Part shown: positions 48,090-59,872 of the stretch, in pieces | Layout of the letters: the number at the start of each line of letters is the position of its first letter | How positions within the stretch are numbered: position 1 is the first letter of the stretch | The notes under the pieces: model-generated | Database searches by the model: none | Seen by the model: the letters and a program-made list of their open reading frames with translations, nothing else | What the model was told of the DNA's origin: nothing | Assembly: GCA_004022145.1 (NCBI GenBank) | Contig: RCNU01000002.1 | DNA length: 64,000 nt | Origin: Paecilomyces variotii | Taxonomy: Eukaryota | Reading direction: 5' to 3' (one strand) | Program-made: the position numbers and the translations under genes

Positions 48090-49256
48090 CTACGGCAACC
48101 CCTGCCTTATATCCGACTTCTCATTCAACCCCCAAGCGGTACTACTCCCATCATGAACCGTCGCCCGTCTCATATCCCTCTTATACTTCCCCTCAAAACT
48201 ACCCCCTGTCGCTCTATGCATCACACACGTATTATCCCACAAGATCAAATCCCCATCCTTCTCCCACTCCACACTGAGCACATACTTTGGCTGCTTACAA
48301 TGCTCATAAAGCCTAGTAAACAACTCCTTCGACTTCTCATCCGATAACCCTTCGATATGATGTACATGTGCGGCAATATACAGATTCATCCGACCGGAAG
48401 GCTCGTGCATCTGAACCAGCTTATGTCTGCTATATGGATAATCGTCCGGGTTGATGTGCGCGAAGGTTTCGGGCGCGGCGACTTTGCGTGAATGCCAGAG
48501 TGAGTGTGCGGCGATGTAGTCGTTGGAAAGGAGTTCCGTTTTGAGATCTGAGGGTAATTCGTCGAATGCGGTGCGTGTATCGATGTATTCGGTGTTGCCG
48601 CCTGTTCCTTTTGGAGGGAGTTCGTGTGCGCGAAGGAGAGAGTAGCCTGCCCGACGGGGGTTGAAGCTTGAATCGACGTGGAAGAGGGAGTTTCCCTACG
48701 TAGTGAGAGGGTTGGTTAGTGAGTGGTTGATCTCAGCGTTATCTGGCATGGGAGGAATATTGATCTGAGCAGAGAAAGATGGTTGAGACGTCAGTCAGTA
48801 CCTTATTCCAATCCCTACGGACATTATCCATCGCAAAGACCGATCCGTCCAAATCGACATTTCCAACATCAAACAACTCAACAAATGGAAGTCTATGCGG
48901 ACGACCACCTACGATGTAGGGTGTCACATCGTCGAGTTCACCGAATTTCCTGGCAAATTGAACGTGTCGCTCATCATCTAGACCAGCTTGACGGAAGACG
49001 CAGACGCCATACTATATATATTACAGATAATATCAGCATTGGGGATTCTTTCTGCATGTTGGGAAGGTATCGTTATTGAGAATTTATGTCGTTGGAATTA
49101 TATACTTACTTTGGTAATAGCAACTAGGACTTCTTGAAAAACATCGTCGTCGACGGGCTTCGAGAAGTCAATGCCAGATATCTCCGCGCCAAAAGTGGGA
49201 TGGAGCTCTTTGATGGTGATATGCTTGAAAGAGGGCTCTGTTGTTAGGCCTGGCAT
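48090..49256 (-). CDS. Fe(II)/alpha-ketoglutarate-dependent dioxygenase, TauD/TfdA (2,4-D dioxygenase-like)
   Basis: LHPTFGAEISGID, GNSLFHVDSSF (HxD), GGNTEYIDTRTAF and WDNTCVMHRA...RDMRRATV. Three exons. Confidence 0.92.
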
Positions 49257-50088
49257 GTTTCTGTGTACAGCAATTACTTAAAGCTGAGCTTTTACTTGCA
49301 ATGTCAATTGAGTAAGTATGGCCAGAGAGATTTCGCGATACGCAACCAGGTGTATCTTGAAATCAGCAATATATAACCCGCACATCGGCAACATCTCCGA
49401 GATATCTACCTGAATCTATCCCCATCGTACAAGCCACATGACCCAATTAGCTGGGTCGATTAGAGCTGGTCCACGAATGGGATAGAATAGCCAGGTGAAC
49501 AATACTAACCGGCGATAAGCTCGGCTTCATATCGCGGGGTAAAGAGAACCCATCTCCACGTCGGCTTTTGATGCGAACGACGCATTGAGCAGTTTTTGAT
49601 CATGGGGGTTGAGCAGGGTTACTGAGTTCATTCCTCTGGGGTTAAGTTACTGGTTACATCTGCATATGACAGTGAACGAGTAGATCTTTCACCTGGCGTT
49701 TTCTCCGCATTTGTTCTCCACTGATCAGCGACGACTAAGTATCATGGTTGTGGAGAGCTTTGATTGTCTCCATTCCAGCGGGGAATATCTTTACCAGTCC
49801 TGGTCGCAGGAAAGACCTTCATAGTCCAATGTGTCCATGCTACGTATGTATATACTGTTTATGTTTACATTGGAATTACTTCGTGCAAAGAACGTCCGAT
49901 AATATTAAACTCTCCCTGTTCGCCCCCTATTCTTCTTGCTATCTAAACATATTTCCTAAGCATCTTTCCTCCAGGTAGAGATCAATCTTCACCCATGCAT
50001 ATTGCCTATCTCTTAAAACAATGCTAACTGTAAATGCTGCCCTTTGTCTGAGTCTCATCGTTTCATCCGACAAGAAGACCTAGATGCT

Positions 50089-50709
50089 CTAGTTCTTGCT
50101 AGCATACGCTTCAATGGCAGCCTGCAACGCCCCATCCATCTGCGAGGTAGCCAACGTGATGACCGGAATATCAAGAAGCCCGACCTTTTTCTTGAGCTCA
50201 TTGGAGACCTTGTTGGTGTCGGCTCTGACGACGTTGAAGTTGTTGACCATTGCATTTGCCATGCCAAGCTTCTGGAATTGGGCTTTCTGTATAAGGGAAA
50301 GTATCTCTGTTAGTATCCATCTACCACAAAATTCACTTGGCGGTCTCTTGAGGAAACTAGATACCTTTCTAATGGCACCTTCTAAGGAATCACTATACGC
50401 AGACTTCAGTTCGTCCCAAGCGTTCGTGATGGTTACGCTCTCCGATGGACTGAACATCGGCGAATGAGCAGTATTATTGGCCGTAGCTTGCAGATGACCC
50501 TCGAGCGAGGTAACAGCTACAGGAACATGTGCAGCACTTGCAGAGCTGCCGTTGAAGAGCTGCATTGCATTTTCAATAGCGCTAAAGTCGCGAGAGACGT
50601 TAGAGAGGTCGCCAATGACGGTTTCGCCAGTGCTGCGTCTCGCGAGAGGAGAGCTCAAGGCGAGACTGGTGACGGTAAGAACCATCATAATGTGCTTGGT
50701 GAACATCAT
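50089..50709 (-). CDS. Secreted HsbA/Mp1p-like hydrophobic-surface-binding protein
   Basis: Signal peptide plus RR propeptide site, amphipathic helices and K-KAQF...LG motif. One 78-nt intron at 50364-50287. Confidence 0.7.
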   Translation of the reverse strand: MMFTKHIMMVLTVTSLALSSPLARRSTGETVIGDLSNVSRDFSAIENAMQLFNGSSASAAHVPVAVTSLEGHLQATANNTAHSPMFSPSESVTITNAWDELKSAYSDSLEGAIRKVSSFLKRPPSEFCGRWILTEILSLIQKAQFQKLGMANAMVNNFNVVRADTNKVSNELKKKVGLLDIPVITLATSQMDGALQAAIEAYASKN

Positions 50710-51862
50710 CTTGAATGAGGTACTTGAGCTGCCTTTGATGAGAGGGGAAGTTGCTCGTTGTCTTGGGTTGGTTGTTGATGGGTGGAAGGAAGAAGAGAGG
50801 GAAGGCCTACGCACTATATATGCACAACACAGGCACCTGCGCGATTTTATTCATTGAGGAATAGAAAGGTACCTGACATTAGTGTCCCATGCGGGTGATT
50901 ATTTGCTCTTTTCTTCAAATGTGACTCGAGGCATTGTCGTAAACTGTCCTCTACGACATGAATCCACTTGGCCTAAGTACCAGCAACATAATCAATGCAT
51001 AAATACCGCCACAAGAAGATCCGTTACCCTCACAGTACATAATCTAGGTTATACAGTGGAGATACACTTTACAAGAGGTGATTCAGCAATCTATCTCTCG
51101 GCTGTTCTTTCATGCCTAGTTACAAATTTGGCTATCATAAGCTTCTTCCAGTAGCGCGCTTGTTCGAAATTGTAGAAGGCTCGATTTGTACTCTGTAAGT
51201 GGTATTACTAACGATAAAAGTACATACATAACTACACGTGAAAAATGACTGCTCGTCAATCGATCGAGTAAAGGTCGTACGGGGCAACTACGCTGGAACA
51301 TTAAGAATTCCAAATACTATGCTGTGCCCGATACAATCTTATAGCTTTCACAAAATGACAAATAATCAGCCACTCTAGTTCTTGAAATGATCTGTTCCTG
51401 GAAATCACCTACTCAAGGACTCTGCCATTAAGGGCAGGCTTCCCCAAAGGATGGACGTTGCGTCATGATACGATGGCATATGATGCTGAACTTTTGTGTT
51501 TTCTCAAAGCTACAAAGATTGAGCAGAAGAACGATGTATACTTGTAAAATGTCATTAATGCATCTCCAGGCCCATGTACGAGCTATACGCCCCGGGAAGC
51601 GTCCTATCATCTCTCGTGCCACGCCCACGTCGCTCATGTGAAATCCACACCTGGCTAAATGAAGTACATATACTCTCTATTTTAGAAAGCCGGGACCCAA
51701 ACATTCAAAGACCATGTCTCCAGCAAAGTGACAAAGAGAAAAGTAGAGCAGGAACCTCGTGCTGCGGTAGACGCAGGAAATCGAGGCGATAAAGTGGAGT
51801 GGATGGAGGGACCTATTCGAGGTGGAGGAGTCGTTGGATCAGCACGTAATATCTGCATCTCT

Positions 51863-54293
51863 TCAACCAATAACCTCCTCGGTCTCTTCGATGATCTCCT
51901 CGACAATCTCCTCGACGATGGCATCGCCCTTGTCCTCTGCGGCGGGAGCCGTAGGTTTGGCGAGCTCTGCATCCTCGCCCTCGGCGGGAAGACCCATGGC
52001 CTTCCTCTCTTCTGCGAGAAGCTCCTTCTCCCGACGAATCCAGGCTGTCCATTCGTTGAGGACGCGCTTCCGCTTCTCGACAATTTCTGTGTTGGCGATA
52101 TCGACGGCGTACTTGTCCTCCTCGTCGAACTCGCGCGAGTACTCACGGAGGTTCTTGCGGACCTGCTTCTGCTCCTCCTTGCTAAGGAGAGTCGGTGGCC
52201 GTGGGCGCCAGACGAACTGCTTGAATTTCTCTGTCGGGTTCTCGGACAAGGTGGTACCGGAGAACGTGTGAAGATTCCAGCCGTTTTCCATCTAGTAGAG
52301 AAGTTAGCATGATCAATAATGTTACAAGATTAAGCAAATATCAACATACCTGGTGAGTCCAGACACTAGCACTGCTGACGACGTAGCGGCCGGTAGGGTC
52401 CCAGTCGATATCCGTAACACCGTAGTGCTCAACAGTCTTCATCAGCTGAATGTTGGCGTTCAGTTCTTTCTCTCCCTTCTCGGTCTCCGTCTTCTCGCCT
52501 TCAAAGTCCAGATCCCAGAAGTCGAGATCAAAGTTCTGCTGCGAGTGAACTGTGGCCACCACGACGAAACGTCCCTTCGGTGACCAGTAGATGGCGTTGC
52601 TGGTCTTCTTCTCAACGGTGCGGGCAAGTCGGAAGCTGCCAATACCAGCACCCTTAACCTTCTCGGGGGCGAAGAACGAAACGGACGTCTTAGGGGCGAC
52701 ACCAGAGCCAGCGACGGCCTCTCCGGTGGTGATCAAGACGAAACGGTCGCCCTTAGGCTCCCAGGCGAAGTTGATAACCGCATCCTTCAAACTGTCCACA
52801 ACCTCCACAGGAACACCCTTTTCCTTGACACGGAAAATTTCCAAGTTCGTAGCCATGGATTTCTTAGACTTGGAGTGACGGTCAACCTTAACGCAGACGT
52901 AGGTACCCTGAGACTGCCAGTGAAGCTTAACGTCGGAGACATTGAACAGATTTCTGGTTCTGACAATCTCCTTCGATGGGACGCTCATAAGACCGACTCT
53001 GGCAGGGTTGCTGCCGATTTCAGGAGTCCAGAATGCAAGCAGCTGCTCGTACTGCTTGACACCCTCACGCTGGGGCGTGGCAGGCGACCACTCAAAGTCC
53101 ATGACTCCTTCGATCTTGACGGAAGTCTTGCCCAGCAGGTTCATTCTGGGTGCCTCGTAGATAGAAATGGACTGGCCCTGCAGCAGCCTTGCAACATACT
53201 TCTCATCTGCGGACCACTTGAAGGCAGGCCACTGAACCTTCTTCTTAGGAACGGCTGCATCGGGGCCATCGGGACCGGCCAGATCGTGAGAGACGAACGA
53301 TCTCAACGGCTTCCCGGAAACAATATCCCAGATGATGATGTTCTTTCCATCCTCCTCGAAGGTCAGAGGACCAGCCGGCTGCGACTCATCAACCTGAATG
53401 GGACGAGCTGACCAGGTGGTCAGATATCCTTCCAGAGGCGAGAACTCAATGAGTGAGACGAAGGGGTGCGGGAACTGCTTCTGCTTGGAGAACGAGGGAC
53501 CGCCCCAAAGCTGGACACCCTGCGGGTGAATGGAAGCAAGGAACGTTCCTTGAGGGGACCACTGCACAAAGAGCTGGGTCCAGTGAGGTCGGTCGACAAC
53601 AGGCTCCGGAGGGTTATTCTTCATGTTCCAGTAGACGCCAACCTTATCTCCACGGTAGAGAGCAAACTGGTCCCGGGCAGAGGGATCAGCCAGCCACCAG
53701 CGCAGATGCTCCTTCTCCTTGAAAGGCTCGATGTGGGGTGGCTTGTATTCCTCGTCGATCCGTCCTTCGCGGCCGTAGCGGTCGATATCTGTCAGCTTGT
53801 TGACGGCGATTGTGTGTTTCTTGTCCAGCGGGACACCGTGCAGGTGCTTCACTGCGGCCACTGCCTGTTCGGGGGTATCATATTCAACGAACGCAAATCT
53901 AACGTCTGTGAGCCCAAAAAATACTAATACCATCATATTCCGGGAGCAAAACATACCCCTCCGACATGTTCTTCTCGTTGAGCGGCATGAAGATGGCATC
54001 TTCGCTCGTGTGTCCGACAGTGTTGAGTTTCTTCAGCAAGAACTTAATGAGCTTTTGTTTGCTCTCCGCCGGCACAACGGGCAGTCCATCGACGACAACG
54101 AAGGTATCCAGACCCTCCTCCAACTTGACTTCATATTGCGCCTTGAGATCTGTTGAGCGACAAAGCAGCGTTAGTTAGAGAGGGGCACAAACAGCCAGGG
54201 CGGCAAGGCCTGCCTACCAGAAAAGTCGATTTCTTCCTCCTCCTCCTCGTGCTGGAGGTCCTGCTCGGACAGGGTATCGAAACTGGGCGCCAT
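51863..54293 (-). CDS. prt1: Eukaryotic translation initiation factor 3 subunit B
   Basis: [13 protein letters not shown]...[10 protein letters not shown] (RRM), [21 protein letters not shown] and [30 protein letters not shown]. Confidence 0.97.
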
Positions 54294-54900
54294 GGCGAAC
54301 TCGCAGACCAGGAGCGTACGACAAGCACTCAGGTCGTAAGGGCGATGGACTGCAACTGGCAGATTTCTTCGTCTTTTGTTCCCGTTCGCGCAGGCCGTCT
54401 CGTTAGGGCAAAGATTAATCTCGCCGTCTGTGTGCGCCGCGATGCTGAGTCATCCGTCGCACGGCTCCTTGATTGATCCGTGCCGGGACAGTCACCTGAC
54501 ATGCTTAGGTCATCCTTCCCCGGTCTCCGCCTGAGCTTCTGGGCAATCGTTCGCTTTCTAAACCCGTCAACAACAAGAAGCCCATTAAACGGCTGTAGTA
54601 GACCGGCTGGCTTTCTTTGTTCTCTCCGGTCTCTTTTTTCTTTTCGTCCTTGCTGATCTCTACACTACCTTCTCTTCCATCCTCCTCACGTTGGGCATTC
54701 CTCAAGCGCATCCATATCATACCCCGCCGGCCTTAACCGCCAGCGGTACACTCACTAACTAGATCGGGGTGCCTATCCAACTACAGCTCCTGTCGTCAAC
54801 CTTTCCTGTGTTGATCCAACCGTCCCCCAATTTCCTACAATTCTTCAGATCTCTCTGCTGTTCCAGTTTCTCTCAAAGTTCTCTCGCAGTTACGGGCAAG

Positions 54901-56010
54901 ATGTCATGTGAGTGTTCTTGGTCTCGAGCACGCGCATGCGACAGGAAGCTAATAGTAGTGTCGCGACAGTATGTCCCGAGGTCCGCGAATCCTATGTCAA
55001 GGTCATTGACTCCATCTTGGCCGCCAGTGATCTGAACACCATCTCAGAAAAGCGAATCCGCAAGGGTCTTCAGGAGGCTGTCGGCTATGACCTGACACCG
55101 CAAAAGGTTCGTTGTTTCGTCGTGACGGTCGTCGCCAATTGCGCGCGCTTATCCGTCTGGTGATCCTCATGCTGACCGATGGGGAAGGCGGTCATCAAGG
55201 AGCTCATCATGGAGCGTTTCGATATCTTCGCCCAGAGGAATGGTGTAGGAGAGTCTTCGGAGAATGCTGCAACGACCTCTGAGACTACGAACGGACACAA
55301 AGCAAGCGATGCCTCTAACCCCACCGCGGCACCAGCGTCTCCTACTTCGTCCACGTCCCAGAAGCGCCAAGCTGATAGCGAAGACCCTTCCGAGAATGGC
55401 ACCAAGACGCCTCCAAAAAAGAAGAGAAAGGCAGACATCGACGCTGACGCCCTGTATGCTGCCAAGCTGCAAGCAGAGGAGAACCTGCGCGCCAGGCCGA
55501 CTCGCGCTGGGAGCACAAGGAAGGCGGCCCCGATCAAGAAGAAGAAGTCCAAAACTTCCAAGAGGGTCAAGGCAGAGGATGATTCCGATGTGGAGTCTGG
55601 ATCTGAGGCAGGGACTAAGAAGGAGGTGAATCGATCGGGTGGTTTCCACGTGAGTCCGGTCACCCTTGATAGAATCATATCACCAGTGGCTGACCTTGAT
55701 GTCTTTACAGAAACCTCTTACATTATCTCCAGCACTGTCGAATTTGCTGGACGGTGAGGTGTCGGTAAGTGGAGTCCCCTACGTCCTGGTCGTTGTTGCC
55801 CGATCCTCTGCTAACGGAATGAAGCTTTCCCGGCCCCAGACAGTAAAGCGACTTTGGCAATATATTCGTGAACGTGATCTTCAGGACCCCAATGATCGCC
55901 GCCAGATCCGCTGTGATGATGCTATGCGAGCAGTATTCAAACAAGATCGGGTCCACATGTTTACCATGACCAAGATCCTCAATCAGAATCTCTATAACCC
56001 CGATGAATAA
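54901..56010 (+). CDS. DEK_C + SWIB/MDM2 domain protein (Uaf30/Spp27-like)
   Basis: IDSILAASDLNTISEKRIRKGL (DEK_C) and GGFH|KPLTLSPALS...LSRPQTVKRLWQYIRERDLQDPNDRRQIRCD (SWIB). The first exon is 7 nt. Confidence 0.9.
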
Positions 56011-56899
56011 TACCTGACAGCATCTTTGAAGAGCATGACGCCGTGGTTGGGCGCAGACTTGGCTTTCTTATTATTTTTTTTTCTTTTCCTTCTTTTTTTC
56101 TTGCATTGTCTATCTCACCCTTATGTCGCGCAGGACACGTGAACCTCTACACACAATTATTTTTGGCGTCATATTTCCTTTGTTTCTCCGGCTATATCTC
56201 TTAGCGAACGACGCTTGTACAAGCATCATATCATACTCTCTTTTTGTATCTCCAGCGGGAGTTGGTGGCTTTGATGGGGGGATCCTGCGTGTGGTATCCT
56301 GGACTGACTCTTTTGCCATTCACGAGAATTCCATTACGCAAGAATAAAGCGTACCTTTCTCTTATCACAGTCCTGGATTTGCCCAGCCTCACATAACTAA
56401 CTGCTGTAATCCTAAGCTTATAGTTCCTTCAATTCTATTCTAGTTATTTAGCGTCTGGCAGTAACAATCGCGTATTGATCTTGTTCTGTCCATTCAGCAT
56501 GCTTTCCCGCACTCACCGCCTTGGGTTCAGTCAAGCCGATTAACAGCGCGTACTCTAGCCATCTTGACTCATAATGACTCTGAAGACATCAACATCAGGC
56601 AAATCCTGCCGTTCGAGTTCACTGGAGATCACTCGAGGCTCCTCCCTTGAGGAGGTCGCCTGAAAGTTCTGGCGAATATCAAGTATTTCGCACGTACATA
56701 ATCTCCTATCTTTCCTTCTGACGTCCCGCATCTGCGGCAACGACTTTTTTATCCGCTGGTTGATAATCTTCCCCACCGGACCGCTGCCACAGAACGTGCC
56801 GAGAGTTGCGAAAGCTCAGCAGTCGCCCGTCCTGTGAAGTATCCCCTATCTTGTCGGTCCCGTCTTGTTCGGTTCCTTGTTTGTGACTGGGACACCACA

Positions 56900-59419
56900 A
56901 TGGCAGATCAAGCCTCAGCTCAAGGAGGAGCTCCACGCGGTCCGCGGGACTCGAACAACCCCTCACACCCAGCGGCTGACGGCAGCGGGTCTAGAGACTC
57001 AAGAGGGAGAGGAAGAGGCGGTAGAGGAGGACGAGGCGGCCGCGATAGGCAAAATCGCAGCCAGAAGAACCGACAGCCAGGTGTAAATGCGACATCAGGA
57101 GATGGCGGACGAACTCCTGGCGCAAGTTCCGGAGGCAAAGGCACCACCGGTGATCACTCGACCGGAAATTCAACGACAGAGGGTGAGGATAAGGGCAAGC
57201 TGCCGGCTGGTGTCACAGCGGAAGAAGACGCGGATGACGCTGAGGTCTGCTTTATCTGCGCATCAAAGGTCGAGCATACGTCTGTTGCGCCATGTAACCA
57301 CCGCACTTGTCATATCTGCGCGTTGCGGCTGAGAGCCCTGTATAAGACCAAAGCTTGCGCGCACTGCAGGGTATGTAGACCGTTGTTTCATCCTATCTCT
57401 GGTTATCACAGCTGTATACTGATCAGTTTCTATCGAAATTGACAGACCGAATCCAGCTTTGTCATCTTTACCGATGACCCCCTTAAGCGCTACAACGAGT
57501 TCAATGAGTCGGATTTCGTCAGAAAGGATGACAACTTAGGAATCAAGTATGAGAAGGACGAAATCTTCGAGGACACTGTATTGCTACTGCGGTACAACTG
57601 CCCGGATGAAGACTGCGATGTAGCGTGTTTGGGCTGGCCAGACCTTCATCGCCATGTCAAAACCAAGCATGGAAAGGTGATGTGGTAAGTATCTCTTGGA
57701 AAGTACGAGTTTGCAGTAGAAGGTGCTAATATATCTCACAGTGACCTCTGCACAAGGAATAAAAAGGTATTCACACATGAACATCAATTGTTCACAACAG
57801 CAGAACTTCGGAAGCATGAGAAGTATGGTGACAATAAGCCTGGAGAGGTTAACCAGAGTGGGTTCCGTGGTCATCCTGAGTGCGGATTCTGTCGCCAGCG
57901 TTTCTACGGCGATGATGAGCTTTATGCCCATTGCCGAGACAAACACGAGCGCTGCCACATATGTGACCGCCGGTCTGGGAACCGTCAACAACAGTACTAC
58001 ATTGACTACAACGCACTTGAGGATCATTTCCAGAAAGACCACTTCCTCTGCTTGGATAAGGAGTGTCTCGAGAAGAAGTTCGTCGTCTTTGAGTCTCAGA
58101 TGGACTTGAAAGCCCACCAACTAGAAGCACACCCTAACGGCCTTTCAAAAGACGCAAGAAGGGACGCTCGTCTAGTCGATATGTCCGCTTTCGACTACCG
58201 CGCTCCGTACCAGGCCTCGAGGCCTCGCAGGGAGCGTGGAGCAGGTAGAGGACGTGATCCGAACGCGGAGCCTCTTCCAGTCTCTAGTGCTCAGCCGCTG
58301 AGAAGAGACGAAATAGCATATCAGCGACAGGTGGCTATCCAGAGTGCTCAGTCCGTATCGACGCGAAGCTTCGGTGGCCAGCTGACACGTAACGATACTC
58401 AGCCTGTCCGCGCACCCGCCCGTCCTGCTGATCCTACACCTGCTCAAGCTGCCGCTGCTGCCTCTGCTGCACGCAATCCTCCAGTTTCGGCGATGGAGAA
58501 CCTCAATATCAGTGCCACCACCGGTCCTCTTACTCCTCAAGAGCAAGCTCGTCGTCTCCGCCATGCTGCCGTGATCGAGCGGGCGTCTACCCTGCTCCGT
58601 AATGATCAGATCAAGATATCCGAGTTTCGCGCCAAAGTCTCCAGCTACCGCACTTCAGCCATCTCCGCCACCGAACTTCTCGACGCATTCTTCTCCTTGT
58701 TCGATACGTCTAGTTCCGAACTTGGCAAGCTTATCAAGGAGCTGGCCGAAATATACGAAGATGAGTCAAAACGCAACGGCCTCCTGAAAGCTTGGAACGA
58801 TTGGCGGGCCATCAACGAAGACTATCCCGCTCTTCCTGGACCCAGCGGTATGGTGCCTGGCCTAACACTTGGTACTGTCAGCGGCGCGGGTGGCGGTGGT
58901 AAGCGTGTGTTGCGCCTGAAGTCCTCAACCGCTCAGTCTTCTCGGTCTGTCGTTAGCAGAAGCGGAGCCAATGCGTTCCCGGCTTTGCCAACCGCTGCAG
59001 CGAGGGCTTCTAACAACAGGATGTCTTCTAACAATAGAAGCTCCACGGTCTGGGGTAATAGTGGTACTCAGAACATATCTTCTCCTGGTCCGTCTTCTGT
59101 TACCGTTCGGCCTGCCTCTCGCCCTGCTACGACCGCGTCGCACGTAGCCGGCAACACCACTCGAGCAGCAGTTCCACGCGACAGCGAGGCATTCCCCTCT
59201 CTGCCACCCGCTGCGAAGCCTAACGTCCTCATGGCCGGTCTTACGCGCGGCACTGTCCGCTGGGACGACCGTCGTGGACCAGCCCCAAGTGCCTGGGGAA
59301 CTGGCAGTTCCAACAGTGCTTCTGCCCAACCTGAGAACGAAGAGTCTGCTAACGACAACCATACTGGGAAGAAAGGAAAAGGAAAGAAGGGAAAACAGAC
59401 TCTCTTCCACTTTGGTTGA
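56900..59419 (+). CDS. hel2: RING/C2H2 E3 ubiquitin ligase Hel2/Rqt1 (ZNF598 family)
   Basis: CFICAS...APCNHRTCHICALRLRALYK...CAHCR RING, GHPECGFC and further C2H2 fingers, RGG-rich N-terminus and repeated FPAL motifs. Confidence 0.93.
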
Positions 59420-59872
59420 TAGCCTCCTTAGGGTCACTGTTTTATTTCCGGGCCCTATGCACGCTGATTCGGTTTCCATGCATATGTTGGAGTCATCAAG
59501 GGATTTGTCTCCGTCTTAGTTTCTCTTTTTTATCTTTACTTTGAGACTGGTTGGATGTGTAGAGTAGTATTTCGAGCCAGTTCCGGTGCATGAGCAAAAA
59601 GGAAAAGCGTGTTGTTATTTGTAATATGTATCTAGTTCTATTCCACTACAATGAAAGATAAAAGTGATACAGATCCCACCTCTTCCTGAGGATTTTGTCT
59701 TCGGTCTTGGGTCATCCTGGTAGGATATTATTCTGAGTAGCTGTAAAGTAACATGGAGGAGTTTATTTGTAAATTCGGTCGCATTACTTTGTATTCTTAA
59801 CTAAATGATACTATATATTTATACACAGAAGGAATTACATAAAATAAGATATCCCTTCCACCCTCTTGGGCT

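Noticed and set aside
51682-53927. Several long overlapping ORFs around eIF3b
   Set aside because: Antisense or alternative-frame shadows of a codon-biased housekeeping gene.
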